In this document: in pieces, positions 23,761 to 38,331 of the stretch
How positions within the stretch are numbered: the first letter of the stretch is position 1
How the letters are laid out: each line of letters starts with the position of its first letter
NCBI RefSeq assembly: GCF_964204645.1
Contig: NC_134031.1
Coordinates: forward strand, 9,114,001 to 9,178,000
Direction: 5' to 3'
DNA from: Tubulanus polymorphus
Lineage: Eukaryota > Animalia > Nemertea
DNA length: 64,000 bases
The notes under the pieces: model-generated
What the model was told of the DNA's origin: nothing
What the model saw: the letters and a program-made list of their open reading frames with translations, nothing else
The model's database searches: none
Translations under genes and position numbers: made by a program

Positions 23761-26700
23761 TTTATGGACTCGTTAGAGTCTTTTATGCTATCGTGTCTCT
23801 TACTTAACTCCTTGTTAACACGATTCTGTCATTTTGGTAGCTTCAACTTCGCAAATTAAGTTCAAAAACTTAAATGCAGTAATAAAATTTTGGTTAAGAT
23901 ACAAGTCCTAGAAATGTATTTTGGGCACCGCTCATAGCCCACTCATTCATGGGTGTAGGCCACTAGCATTTTTCAGTTGAGCAAACCGGTTCATCGTACA
24001 CGAACTGCGCTTTTTGCCTACTTCAAAAGTTATAAGCTCGACAAAGTTAGTAATTCTCATCTGATTTACATCAAATAAACCTAAATGATTTATCGTCATT
24101 CATTTTATAGATTTTCGCATTAGCGATCCTTTTTGGAGCCCGATTATCTGTATTTATTTCGTTGACTGTGGCACAGTAATGAGATTTGTGCGCCTCGATT
24201 CGTCAGAGTACGAGTGTGTCGTCAATATCACTTCAAATACATGCTCAAGTATCTACAATCTACAGAAACCTACACAACCACAGTCAATAAACTAACTTTC
24301 CCTCGATAATGGGCCTTATTAATTTTTACTGCCCTGAAATTTGAAGAACTAGGGAAGTTGTCATGAACTTTTCATGGAACTCAAGTTTCGGCGTGATAGT
24401 TGTTGATGGTTTCCGAATTGATTAAAAAAGTTTTGATTTTCACTTTTCAAAGGTGATGATAAGTCTTGATTTTAACCAAGGCCTGACAACTTATGAACCC
24501 TGGATAGGAGCATCTGATTTCTTTTATAACTGTGTCTGTATGATTAATGAAACTACCAATTGTTTATCGGAACTTTATAGCGGATAAATAAACGATATAA
24601 ACACAAGGTATTTCCGTGATATTTTGAATTTATTGCATTTCATATGTAGTGCCATTCTGAGAGATTATCAAAACCCGGAAATAAAATCGAAGCCCATCGC
24701 CAAAGCCCTGTGGTACTTTCCCACGCATTGAGTTAGATTTCCTGTCCGTTAATTTTAAGAATTTTTCATTCACGATGCAGCACTCTTCACCTGGGCACAA
24801 AATAAGCATGTGATTTTAAGTTAAAAAAGCTGAAATTTATGGATGTCCTTAAAAATTGATGGCTGTCCCAAAAAATGGGAATCGCTGACCCTCAAAGCAA
24901 TTTTCAGGGGTAGGAAGCTCTGGCTCTTATGTATTGCTTCTTATGGTTAGTCTAGAGTCACTGGTTCAGCTTTGATATCCAAATCCACCAGGTTACGGTC
25001 TTAGAGAGGTAGAGCAGGAGCACATCATGTCCATTGGCATCTGCTATGTTGGCTCATCTATAGGCACATTCACATGACCTTATTTAGACCGTTCTAAACT
25101 GGTTAAATTTAGACTGGACCACACGGGCAAAAACTATTCCAAATTAGTCCGGTCCAATTTGGCACGGTCTAAAAGAACGAATTAGGTCTGGAGCAAATTT
25201 TTGACCGGACTAAATCTTGTGTGTGGACAGAAACTGGTACCAGGTCCGGTCTAAATCATTCTCTGTCGTGGCGGTATGAATGCAAATGTATTAAACTCGT
25301 CGGCAATTCATCATCAAGCTGATCAATATAGTTTTTAGATATATAATTTCTATATTTCCTAAAATTAATGTGTATGCTAATGGATCATTATTCATCTTTA
25401 AATCTCAGCCTGAATTGCTCCCAGATGTAGATGCTGCCCAACTCGCGTAATTTCACTAATAAGAATGATTTATTTGGCTTAACCAGGTTTTTTGCTAAGT
25501 GATTCTCCCAGTAATATTGCTCGGATAATTTAGACTGGTTGCAACTGAGGAGACATTGAAGAACAATTGAAGGGCACGTTGCTAGTTGCGTTGAGATGCC
25601 AATACCACTGGGTCAACTGTTTTTGTTTAAAATTGTCTTTTTACCTCGATTTAGCATTTTGTGGCAGGGAGAGCAAATATTTACTCGTATTGATATGAAC
25701 TATCATTACATAGGAACGCCGATCTTTGAATGAACTATCAATGCATTTGTCACCTGTATACCTCGTGTTGATAAAGTATGCAAGCCAAATGGCAATCGTC
25801 CTGTCATGGTCATATATAGTTTAATGGGTCATCCTTTGGGGATTTCAAGCAGGTTCAAGATGTTTTCCTGATTAAAGAGTAGAGGACAGTGCATAGCTGA
25901 TGGCTTAAATCTCTTTGCCACTGAGCTTCTCATGCTTGTGTATTTACAGGCTAGCCCTAGTCCAAACAAAATTCCACAACAGCGAGCAGTATTGGAAGAA
26001 GGCACTTATTTTTCGCCTGCTCCTCCTCCACCTTCTCCTGAAATTAAAGATAAGGTACTGAATGTTCATGATCTTGAACCAATAGGTGGTAAGTAATATC
26101 ATAATTGGGAATTTCAATATCTCATATTATAATTTGCAAAGCTTGATTGTAACCCAACGGTTTACTTTAGGCAATTCCATGACTCCAGTTATGGAAGAAA
26201 ATGAAGACACTCCAAGAACAGTGGGCACAATCAGTGATACCACTCAAACTGGAAATACTCCTAGAGAACAACTCCCAACCAATGAAATGTTCATATCAGA
26301 TATACGAGACCTTGCTGCAAAGGAGATGTCAGGCATTTTACATAATATAGGGAGTGTAGCAGTAAATGGTCTAATTGACCAAATAAATACGAACCAAGAC
26401 AGTCAAATTGACAGTGAGGAAATTGAAGTACATGGCGGTTATGATGAAGTGTTCAAACGAGAACTAAGTGAAGAGTATGAAAAACTTAGCAAAGAGATAG
26501 ATAATGATTAACTAAACTATAAAAAGGGAAATCTCATTATTGTTTCAACCCATTGTCGTTTCTTTGATACCGAAAGAAAAAGACGTTTTGTTATTGTTGT
26601 AAAGCATTGATAATCACTAACGCGCATTATTATAAAGTGTTTTCTTTCTAAAATGAATAATATATTGGTTGATGTTATGTCAGATTTTTTTGTTAAATAG

Positions 26701-27197
26701 AGTTTGGCATTTCAAAACCTTGTTGTCCATAGTTTCTTAATGTTTTTTAGAAGATTTGCAATTTTATGACCATAGTAATTTACGGTAGTAGTACATGTCG
26801 TCCTATTGTTATCATGAAATCCGTCACGTCAAACAATTACGTCCGTTTTATGCCACGTACGCGTTTGAAACTTTTACAGTCGCTTAAATATGAAACATAG
26901 AAGGTTGAGTACGTATATGGTGAATTTGTGTTACTTGGTTAATTAAATGTTGCTGAAATTTAAAAAAAATTGCAATTCTAAAGTAGAAGCAAAAGAAAAG
27001 GGTTGATGATAGATCCAGGGATCAAGAGTTATACCTTCCAACCTTGAGAGATTTTTGGTCATCATGGATTTCAAGGTTGTCGATCGGATGCATTTGAATA
27101 CGATTCGAATGGACGATCACCGTTTTTAGATAGGTTTAAGGCGTTTTAAAACATACATGTGTTTATGTGCACGAAACTAGTAACATCAACTTCTATC

Positions 27198-27384
27198 TGT
27201 TGATATATCATGTGATCCAGTGTAAAGGGTTAATTCCCACCAGTTTACTTTTTTGCTCTCGTCACATCTGTAACCAACCTGAGTGTTTTTTAGTTGCAAT
27301 AAAATAGTCGTAGTATTCACACGTTTACGGTTTTCTATCACTGCGCCTAAGGAAAGAAGATTATCTGATAAGATGCCTTTAACA
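27198..27384 (+). repeat. Putative 5' LTR of Copia element
   Basis: TGTTGA...TTAACA ends, AATAAA inside, directly followed by Copia-type PBS; no second LTR in window to confirm left boundary. Confidence 0.55.
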
Positions 27385-27950
27385 GGTTATGGGCCCAGAG
27401 GGGCTAGGCTTCCACTGTTTAATGGTAAGGACTTACAGTATGAACTATGGGAAACCAAGTTTATAGGATTTATGAGAATTGATAAGTTACACCAAGTGAT
27501 TGGCCCCAAGATGGCGGTTTACAGACAATGATGGATGAACAGAATGCAGATGCATACGCGAATCTGGTGCAATGGTTGGACGATAGTAGTCTAATTTCGA
27601 TTACGAGAGATGCAAAAAATAAAGGACTCCAAGCGCTAGATATTCTGAGATCGCACTAAATTAAAGAGGTAAGCCCAAAGTAATCGCATTGTATCAAGAA
27701 CTAACTTTGTTGCGAAAGGGCAGCGTTGACTGATTTCATGTTGAGGGCAGAAACTGCTGCAGCCCTATTAAAAACAGCTGAAGAGACAATCAGCGATAGC
27801 CTTCTGATATTGATGATTCTGAAAAGTTTTCCAGAAGACTATCAACCGTTCATAACCATGGTTTCTCGAAAAGATGACTTGTCTTTAAGCGATTTTAAGA
27901 CATCGTTGAGAAACTTCGAAGAAAGTGTGATATCAGAACAATATAAAAAA

Positions 27951-30900
27951 ATATAGCTGCAAGCAGCGAGGATTCTGCCATTCTGGATAGAATGTCGTTC
28001 AGGGATGCGAGCAAAAATTTCACCCGAAATCAGTTCGTTACATTCCCTTTTTTAGCCCACTTGGGACTTTAGTCCCAGCGGGCTATTGCGTTCACTTTTC
28101 ATCCGTCGTCCGTCAGTCCATCCGTAGATGGAATCCAGTTATTTTGGGAAGTTTTGAAGACGCTTCAATGTAATGTCTTGATATTTGGGTTACACATGTA
28201 TCTACCCTAGACACATCTTCAGCCCAAAAACTGGCCCTGTCAGAATCAAGATGGCCGACTGGCAGCCATTGTTGTTTGCCAAAATCAACACTTTTTACAC
28301 TTTTTGAACTTTTTGAGGGAAATTTTGAAGACGCTTTGATCAATTACCTTGATCTTTCGGATGTATGTGAATCCCCCAGGGCCCATCAGCATAACAAAAA
28401 TTAAACCGATCTGACTCAAGATGACCGTCCTATGACCTTTTTTAGTGCTCAAAAAGGTCAATTTTGGCCCAAATTCTGAGTCCTGTAACTCCCTACTGGT
28501 TTGCCATTACTCATTGCAATTTGTGATGGGTATTCCTTAAAAAGGTATGTTTTATACCTGAGACTGGTATTTTTGATCAGCCAATTATGACGCAATTGTC
28601 GGCCATCTTGGTGTCACCAGTACTCATTCGTAGTTGGGAAAAAGTTTTTTCCACATTATATTGAAACCTAAGCGTATTTTGTTACCACAATCAATTAGAA
28701 ACTTGTAGCTCATAACGTGTTCTGTGATTGTGGTGAGTTTCAAGGTCATTGGTTTTTGTATATGACCACCACGGGGTGTTGAATAATACAATATCTTAGT
28801 ATTTCTATATTATATTCGTATCAGTGCATATTTTGTAACCACAATCAATTGCAAAGTTGTAGCTCATGACATCATCTATGATTGTGGTATGTTTTAAGGC
28901 CATTAGTTATTCTTTATGGTCACCAGGGGGCGTTGAATAGTAGAATAACTTAGTATTTCCTTATTATATTGGTACCTAGGCATATTTTGTTACCATGATC
29001 AATTACAAAGTTATAGTTCGTGACGTTCTATGATTGTGGTGAGTTTCAAGGTCATTTGGTTTTGAATATGGTCACCAGGGGGCGTTGAATAGTAGAATAA
29101 CTTATAACTAGTATTTCCATATTAAATTGGTAACGGGGCATATTTTGTTATCACAATCAATTACAAAATCGTAGCTGCTGACATGTTCTATGATTGTGGC
29201 GAGTTTCAAGGTCATTGGTTTTTGATGGGTCTGTCTGTCTGTCTGTCTGTCTGTCTGTGGATGTTTCTTTATGACACGATTTAAGCTGTTTGTGTGGACC
29301 GAAAATTCTGTAATTTCACACAGGTATTCTCTACTTGATGTAGATGGTGCAGCTTGGTTTATATTTGATTCCGATGGTTATAAGTGCTCTAATTTGGTTA
29401 AAAGATAATTAACGTTACTCGCTAGTTCAAGCCGCTGTATAGCGCGTTGCTACGACAACGCTCGATCAACATACTGGTACTCGCTGTGTAATACTGAACA
29501 CGTATATACCTGTAGATATTGATCGTACTAGCACCGGTTTTAGATAGCGCGCGCGCTGATCGGTCTTAACACTTTTCGGAACTGCTGTGCTAAATGCTGA
29601 GAGGCCGAATCTATGCGCAATCATTTATTGGGCTCGTCACATTTGATAGTGAATGGATAAATAACCGGTGTCAATGACGGTCGCTACTCCCCATCAGTAT
29701 AACTCATCAGTATAAGAAATAATTCTTTGAGTTTTTTTTTTCAATCCCCGAAGTTGTTGTTACTATGTTGACCTCGCCGTTTTATAAGCTTACCGATGAT
29801 TCTTCTAGTATTTTCAGGTTCACAAGACATGACGAAGTCGCAAAGTTTTGTACAAATTTCACGAAACAAACAATTATTTAGGCGGCACCTGATCTATTGA
29901 TTAATTATGATAAATAATGTTTATTTCATTAAAAATTTGTTTTATTCAAACACTACTTTCATCGCACATAGCGTGATCGGTAGGCCCTACTATTCTACGG
30001 TAGGCCATTGACTCTTTCATGTGGTAGGCCTATTACAAATGATACAATCCGCGTGTCCGTGAATAAGTGACACGTGGTTGGGCGGGTTGTGAGGAGCATC
30101 GAAACTAATCCGTCACAAATAATAGATAGAAAACAATACCTTAAGAGGTTAACTTTTATCAACATCATTACCAAATCAAAACCTGCACATCCTATCATAA
30201 ATAGAAATTCTAAGAATTTATTTCAAAGAATAATAAATTACGTCTAAATATTGGGATTCGAACTCGTAGCATCGATTCAGGTGCCTTACCCAAAGCGGGT
30301 ATCCCGCAGGGAAAACCCATTACTATTTATATCGACAATCGCCTTTTTGACAGCGAGTTCGGTGAATGAAACAGAAACAATTACACAGAAACCCATCATG
30401 GAAAGTTTCTTTCTGGTTGTATATGGTCACCAGGGGCGTTGAATATTGAAATTGTTAGATTGTTGAGCATTTGGAACCACTTCCCAAGTGGGCATGGTGT
30501 CCCTGGACCCCTAGTTTGAAAGAGTGCTACCTAGGGATCAATTCACAACGTGGATATGATGACCCACATGTGCTACTACGCGCAAAGTACTAATGTGCCA
30601 GGTTTTGGGGGAAATAACAGTGACAGTTTAAGCGCATATTCGGTTATTATTAGTTCCGAAAAAAGTCGACTAGATAAGAAAACCGAATTTGGCCCAAAGC
30701 TCAAATTTGGCCAAATTTGGCCTATAGGGTAAACTATGCAGGAGGGAAGGCCTTATAGTGTTACTATTAGTAGAGGAGTGACAAGTCAGTCTGACAAGTC
30801 AAGCGATCAGATGGGGACTACAATTCACATATGAAATTGACGTCCAATAACCATTATAAAAACATAATCACGAACGGTACCATCACTCCCCATTACTGAC

Positions 30901-31826
30901 TGTCACTGGTCTCTGGCTAGCAATCATTCTTTATCGGTGCCCTGCAGTGGGTAGGTATTTTCAACTCACTTTGTTCTTCTATGACATTACCATCGCCGCT
31001 GCGTCACGATTTCACCAAGAATCTTAGTGTCTGATGTACCACAGTTGGTTACACTAGGATCGTTAGAGCGACAGAGATCACTGGTGAAGACAACCACTGC
31101 TAGTGCTGGGTGAGCGTCACGATGTGATGTACATGTACAAGGGACCTCCAATTGGTAATGTATGTGATGTATAAACTGACTTTAGACCGTTTAATACCGA
31201 CGATAACAAGGTATCACCGACGCTGACATTTTCTGACGCTAACTAGTATGACCCGGACCAATTCAATTCAATTAAGAAAACACGTACCGGTACAATGAAT
31301 AAATAAAACGCTGTTGATTTTTTGAAGTATTGATATCCACGAACAAAACTATACTATTATACAATGTTTAAAAGGAACTGCTTTTAATAACAGTATGAAT
31401 AAACTTACTTCACAAACAAGGAAGTACATTTTTAAACGGTAAAATTTTTTGAACGGTCGAACCCCAGTTATTCACGGTAACCTGTGATTTGGATATTCTC
31501 GGAGCATTCCTTCTTTATTTATTTATGAAATAACGTCACAAACTTTCAGATTCGCGCCAGTATGCGCGCCATGATTAATGGTTGCTATTTCCACCGGTGT
31601 AATCTTTAAGTAACTTCAAGTTTAAAATAGGAAGCACAGTACATCGTAGAAACTACGCGCAGAAAGAGACTGTTATATTATTATCAGAGTTTAACATTTC
31701 GTTTCAAAGTTGTTAGTAGTAAAATCTAATAGAAGATGATTTTTATGTTACGAAACTCATTGGAAAATATGTTAAAATAATAATCAGCAGGAATAGGGTT
31801 TCTGCCGAGGCAGCAGAAACCCTAAT
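27951..31826 (-). mobile_element. HINE family 3 copy 1
   Basis: Ends ATATAGCTGC-AA-GCAGCGA palindrome and AGGGTTTCTG..CAGAAACCCTAA hairpin, shared with 32971-35868 and 36094-36600; interrupts Copia gag. Confidence 0.7.
28047..30518 (+). mobile_element. HINE family 4 with microsatellite and ~140-bp core tandem repeats
   Basis: T-run + GCCCACTTGGG hairpin, (CCGT)-like microsatellite, four ~140-bp repeats at 28660-29220, (GTCT)n, 3' subTIR CCCAAGTGGGC + palindrome + CTAGTTT. Confidence 0.8.
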
Positions 31827-32475
31827 CACCAGCCTATAATGTTATGAAAGTAAATGTTGACCAGAAAGAACGTATGTCTTGTCCAGGCCGAGGGGCTGTG
31901 ATTTGTTGGACCTGCAATGAACCGGGTCACAAATCATCAAGTCGCGAGTAATGGCATAAACACTGTTCTCGCATGAAAACGTAGGTGACAAAAATTCCTT
32001 TTATTTCAAGGTTAACGATGAAAACGCGAAAGTCAAGAGAAACGATAAATTGCTCGTGGATTGTGGTGCCACTACGCATGTAGTGAACGACAAATCAAAA
32101 TTTATAAGTTTTGATCAGGGTTTTAATCCCGTGAATCATTATATAGAAATGGCGGACGGAACACGACCCAGCAATGGCTAATACAATGGCTACAATGGCT
32201 GTTGAATGAAAGAGTTTAGTTCTCATCAGTAATTGTATATATAGGGGTTCAGACCAAAGGTCAAAAGGTCGAGCTCATAAAAAATGAAAAATAAATTCTC
32301 ACACGCTCAAATTTATTTTTCACTTTTCACTCACTCAACCGTTCAACCTTTGATCTGAACCCCTATATATACAATTACTCTAATAATTCCATATACATTA
32401 AATAACATATATAAATGAAAATTATATGAATAATATATAAATGAAATCAATTTTAATAAAAAATTTGTTATTAAA

Positions 32476-32829
32476 ATGGAGACTAAACAAGTACACAGTG
32501 AGAACAACAAATCATTCTTAGATAGAATTAAAGATGCTACAAATGTCAAATCTGTAGATTATAAATTCAAAAAGTTAACAGAATTAACATTACATAAGAA
32601 ATATTTAATTACAAATATTGAATCAATTACTAATAGATATGGTAATAAATTAGTTATTCACTTAGAATACGAAGGATAAAAAGGAAATAAATATAAATTC
32701 AGAACATATTTACCAGATAGATTTCATAGATGATCTAGTGAAGATCTAGAAGAAGTGTGTTCTGGTGATTTATATTTCATATATAAAGGTAAGAATGAAA
32801 AAGGACGCCATGATATAGAGTTCGAATAA
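32476..32829 (+). pseudogene. Small conserved protein, paralogue of 57444-57770 (possible ssDNA-binding protein)
   Basis: Aligns by eye: FKKL..YG.K....L...F...LPD..S.E.L....IY.GKN..G.HD.E; two in-frame stops. Confidence 0.6.
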
Positions 32830-32970
32830 TATATAATAATGATATATTAGAAACTAAATTAGCAGAATTAAAGAATGAAAAAGAAATATATAAATGTGAT
32901 ACATGTAATCAATCATTCAGTAACAAAAGATATTATGAAAAACATTTAAAATCTAAAAATCATATTAGAA

Positions 32971-35868
32971 ATATAGCTGCCAAGCAGCGATGACAGGTTT
33001 TCTGCAAAGCCATTCAGAATGATGGGAATTGTAGTAAATTGAAATACCGATACATAGAATAAAATGCATTGACAGATTCGAACCTAATATGCTACCACTG
33101 TGTTAACGTCAAATATGATTCAGCTTTGAAACCGAACATACGCGGACGTACAATCAACAAATATTAATTTATTTGACCAGGCATTTATTTTGGCATTCAA
33201 ACATCAGGATACTGTATTATCACCATGCTTAAAAATGGAGCTGTCCTATTAAGAATTCATCTTAAGCACCTGCTGAGTCGATTGATTGAGTGAATTTACA
33301 GATAAGAACGTATTATGATTTAGAATAGATTTATGAAGTTAATGTTTTTATTGAAATATTTGAATAAATACATATATTGTAGTGTAGATTCAATCAATAA
33401 ATTATGATCTGGTCTGGGTTTCCGGCTGATGTTGATTTTGGCTTTTATGGATTACAAATTCTATAGTGATAAACAATTGATACCTGCAACATGTGTGTAA
33501 ATCAAACCTATTCCACTAGTTGCGTGTGTTTCCTAATAAACGGGAGAGTCACTCTTGATCTGAGTTATTAGAAAAATAATGTTCATTTAGTTATAGAAAT
33601 TCATTGCCTTTTTGGAAATTCTGTAATAATATTTGTTCTGTCATAATTTTTATTACTGTATGAACCAATGATATGCTTTGTAAATATGATGTAATAAAAT
33701 AAATTTGAATTTGAATTAAATTTGAACGTGAGAATCAAGCATAACTTGTGTTTTTTCAACTTGTCTTACTTGTCTTTTGTTAACAGTTCCAGAGTTTCAA
33801 TTACAATCAAATTCAAATTGGCTAAAAAGTACATAGGACTAAATGAAATGAACCGTTAGTTACTGCAAACCTATTCCAGTGTTATGTCGATCATGTTGAA
33901 TCACTTTCCTTGAGTTGAAAGAATCAGATCTTCTATGGTGCAACATCGGTCGAAGAGAGATATCTTCATTGGTGTTGACTGTCCTTGACCATCTAATTTC
34001 ATGCATTTGACATTGGAATCAGCATCATACCCATTTAAACTGCAAAATATTCATGCAACATGAAAACCTACAGTACATGTATACAGTAATCAAACTTTCA
34101 CCGATGTTGGATATTTGAATGAACGTTAGCCTTATTTCAGTATTCTTAAGCAGGAAATAATAAGCCCAATAAAAAGGCCCTATTCCCATTGGAACAATTG
34201 TATAATGCGTACAGCTGTATCGTACACTTATCAGTCAAGAATGGAGAAATCGGTATACCAAACCTACGAACAACAAAATGTACAGGCCTACAATGATTTC
34301 TGGTATACAAGCCGTGACCACATGAACGTTTTGGTTTGACTATTAATGTCAGCAGGTCAGAGAAAGCTTGCCCAAATTTAATCACATGGCTCAAATCAAT
34401 TAGCTTTTCTAGGTGTGAATACTTGACTGTATTGTTTTAACAATAGGCCTATCGAGTGAATTAGTACATAGACTGAATTAGACTTTAGGCTAGTCCTGAC
34501 CAAATCCTATCCATGTTATAATGGCACCAGTTAGGCCCTATAGTAACATCACTGGAGGGCCGACGAGAGGGGAAAAGTTGTGTTTGTAGTACATAGGCAT
34601 GGTAGGCTTGTCGTACTCACTTAATACTTAAAACACTGTTGTTACCTGTACGGTGACTTGCCGTATGTGAGTACGTTGGCGCTCAGACTTGCAATATTGG
34701 GATTCGAAACCAAACAAAAATAAATCCAGTAGTGGTCCAGTGATTTACCCCCTGTGCCACAGAACGTAACTGCAGGTTGGTGAAAATTTGATTTACAAAT
34801 AGCCTAGCCTCACCTAACCCAAACTCTATTCTTTCACGCACGCGCGTTTGCAGATTATAGGGTTTTAGGGAACTCGCGAACGGTTAACCTGTGGATATCA
34901 CCGTACAGTCACGTACGGGTAACAACTTCGTACTTAAAATGATATCGGCTACTAGGAACTCACGTACAGCGTTAGTAGGGAACTCACGTACGGTTAACCT
35001 GTGAAGATCACCGTACCGTCACGTACGGGTAACAACTTCATACTTAAAATGGTATTGGCTACTAGGAAATCACGTACGGCGTTAGTAGGGAACTCGCGTA
35101 CGGTTAACCTGTGGAGATCACCGTACAGTCACGTACGGGTAACAAGCTCGTACTTAAAATGGTATTGGCTACTAGGAACTCACGTACGGCGTTAGTAGGG
35201 AACTCACGTATGGTTAACCTGTGGAGATCACCGTACAGTCACGTATGGGTAACAACTACGTACTTAAAATGGTATTGGCTACTATATAATAGGCCTTTAG
35301 ACAAATAAATACCGGCAGGTAGGCTTTCTTAGCTTCCACACTTCACAACCGAACCAACTGACCAACCAGTATATTTAGTCCCAGTACGCACCAACCGGCA
35401 CAGGCCTAACACTGTTTGTCAACTGTGTGTACTGTAGTAGGCTATCGATAATCACCTGATACGTTTCTGTCGTTATTGACACTTTTGGTTACATGAACTG
35501 ATCAGCAATATACTTAAATGAAATAACCGGAATAACAAGAAATCAAAAATATTAAACAGGTAACAAACAAATGCCCGTAAACCTGTCAGACACGCGAACG
35601 CCGGACTCGTGAACTCTTGGACTCGGACCCGCTGAGCAATAAATTCATAAAATTGACTTTGAAATTGATTGTGGAGAAGAGAGGGAATTATTCGATAGCT
35701 CTTCCTCGAAAAGAAGAGAGAAATGTCGGAAAGAAAACACAACATGGCTACTAATTGAACGGAGCCAATTTCCGATGTTTACGGCTTGACAGTGCTCGAA
35801 AGGGAAAAAAAAAATAATAATCACGCGAATTTCAATAGGGTTTTCTGTGAAGAAACAGAAAACCCTAA
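32971..35868 (-). mobile_element. HINE family 3 copy 2
   Basis: Same terminal palindrome and hairpin as 27951-31826; PolB frame resumes after it. Confidence 0.7.
34866..35283. repeat. Tandem repeat, 110-bp unit, ~3.8 copies
   Basis: AACTC(G/A)CG anchors at 34871, 34981, 35091, 35201. Confidence 0.95.
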
Positions 35869-36093
35869 ATATTAATAATGATATGTAAGGTGAAGATTAT
35901 TTTGATAAAGATATTAATAAGAAACAAAGCATAATTAAAAGAATGAATACTAAATTAAACAATAAAAGACCATACATGGAAGATGTTAGAAATTATATTA
36001 ATTCATTAGATGATACTGAAGCATTTAAAAGTGATGTTGGACCAGCTGCTATTGAATTTAAATTTTATAAATGCAAAACATTAGAAGAAAAAA

Positions 36094-36600
36094 ATATAGC
36101 TGCAAAGCAGCGATAACGGGTTTTCTGGATGCATGTGATCGAAAGGAAAAATTAATTACCAGGTATTCGATGGAAAAAATAAAATGAGATGATTTGGATA
36201 TTATCGGAGCAATCCTCTTTTTGGTTGAATGGTCTAACCCCAGTATAGTCCCCCGTGATTTGGAAATTCTCGGAGCCCTCCTTTATTTACTTACTAAATG
36301 ACGTCACAAACGGTTATTTCGCCGGTGTTTGTTGTCTAACAATTCAATTCAATTCTTTATTTACAGTAACCTAATAAGTAATTTTAAGTTTCAAATAGGA
36401 TGGAAAGTACATTAAGACAATCTGTTGGTTCAGAGAGACCGTTATTACAGTATCAATTTATACATTTCGTTTCGAAGCTGTCAGTTGCCGAATCTGAATG
36501 AAGATGAATTTTATTTGACGAAATCGGCGGAAAATATATAATAATAATAATCAACAGAATTTCAAGAGGGTTTTCGACGAAAGTCAGAAAACCCTAAAAA
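36094..36600 (-). mobile_element. HINE family 3 copy 3 (short)
   Basis: Same ends; interior similar to 31440-31825. Confidence 0.75.
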
Positions 36601-37467
36601 AAACATTTAGAAAATACGAAAAATATTATAAAAATAATAACAGACGTAGAATATCCTAAAATTGGTATATCTGATAAAGTTAAATATATACAATCTGGAG
36701 ATAAACCAATATATAATATAAATTCTCATTCACACCATATTATTTCGAAACAAAATATAGATGATAAATTAGATAAATGCTATAATGAAGTGAAAAATGA
36801 AAAAGAAGAGAAATATTTTGAAGGATCGGGTTTAATATTTGATGAAATATTATTTATGACGTTACATGTGTACAATAAAAAATTAAAATAAATTAACTAA
36901 ATCAAAACCAATTGATGAAAATAATTTATCGTATTATAAAGAACCAGATATTGAAGCGTCGAGTGATATTAAACTACCATTTAAAACTAATGCTGTTATA
37001 AATGTACAAAATTTTGATGGTAAATGTTTTCTATGGACAATAATTAGTTGCTTACATCCAACAGAAGATATTACACATAGTTTTAGATTAACAAATTATA
37101 TACCATTTTGAAAATAATTTTAAGATAGATAATTATCCTGTTAAAATCAAAAGTATTCCAAAAATAGAAGAGATAATAATCTAAAAATAAATTATTTAAT
37201 TAAATCAAATTACCAAAAACAAAAGGTAATAATATCAAACATTATACATTAGAACCTTTGTATTTATCAAAAGATTATGATTCAAATGATGTTATAGATA
37301 TGTTATATGGATAAAACAAATTGATTTATTTTTTAAATCAGAAAATGATTATACTTTTGGATTATATATTATTTTGTTATTTACTATGGATTTTGGATTA
37401 TATATAAAATCTGATTATCCAGAACTAATTAAAAGTGAATATCATTATTATAGAAATGAAAATGCTA

Positions 37468-38331
37468 TTTTCATGGGCTTTCATGCTTACAAGCCCATAT
37501 TGCTATCACACGGATTGATAACTTGCTTGGGGAGTCTATAACTTTTGTTAGTAACCTTCTTGGGCTCTGAGGGCTCTGATATTTACACAAAATTTCACAA
37601 TAAAACATTTGCTTTCACGTTTTTAAAAAATTCTTCTAATTTTCTTTTACTTTCATAGGGTGCTTGCGTTTGTGGCCATTTGAAAAATCTCTGTATGAAC
37701 ATTTATATTTTTCAATTTTAATAACTAATAAAACTTAAAACCACTATCTGTAAAATAAATTCTGAATTGAATTGGAGACTGGTTCCCTGTCTTATCAAAG
37801 AACCAGGGGGCGGTAGTCTATGGTGGCAATAAACTTTATCCGATGATCGTAGTGGATTGTCATTTGAAGGAAATGCAACTTATTCTTGCTTAATGTCTTT
37901 ATTATTTTAAAAAGAAAAATCGTGGCTCCTATCTATTTTTGTGTTCGCTTCTCTTCACCTGAAGTCAATCAAGTTAGTCACGTTTTTTCTTTCAGCTGTA
38001 AATTTTTCTATGCATAATCATTTCAACACAATCCGATAAGTTATTTAGCAATTATCAACATGATGATAGATTCCGATAAGACACTACAATATTCAAATAA
38101 CAACTATCCAAAAGCTTGCACTAACTTGGTCCACGTCAATAAAACCATTCCGATTCCCAGTCAACATGTGTAACATTTCATGTAACGATGTAAGACAACA
38201 CCGATCTCTTAGCTCTTTATTAAGTAATCGGTTCAAAGTTCGATTAATTCTACTACAGAAATAAAAAACCACCAAGCAAGCTTTCAGTACGACCATGTCA
38301 GCAAGCCCATTTTTAGAATGTCTTTCTTGTT
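37468..38331 (+). mobile_element. HINE family 5 inserted in PolB A
   Basis: 5' ATGGGCTT..AAGCCCAT hairpin, 3' subTIR AAGCCCAT and CTTGTT end; PolB-like sequence on both sides. Confidence 0.6.

Larger units (their letters stand above)
27372..32180 (+). pseudogene. Ty1/Copia gag-protease relic, split by insertion 27951-31826
   Basis: PBS GGTTATGGGCCCAG (27385-27398, half-tRNAiMet type); gag peptides YELWETKF, LILMILKSFPEDYQPF; resumes with CWTCNEPGH knuckle and LVDCGATTHVV..EMADG protease. Confidence 0.85.

Noticed and set aside
34866-35283. Regular repeats as a CRISPR array
   Set aside because: Units are contiguous with no unique spacers, no cas genes, eukaryotic context.
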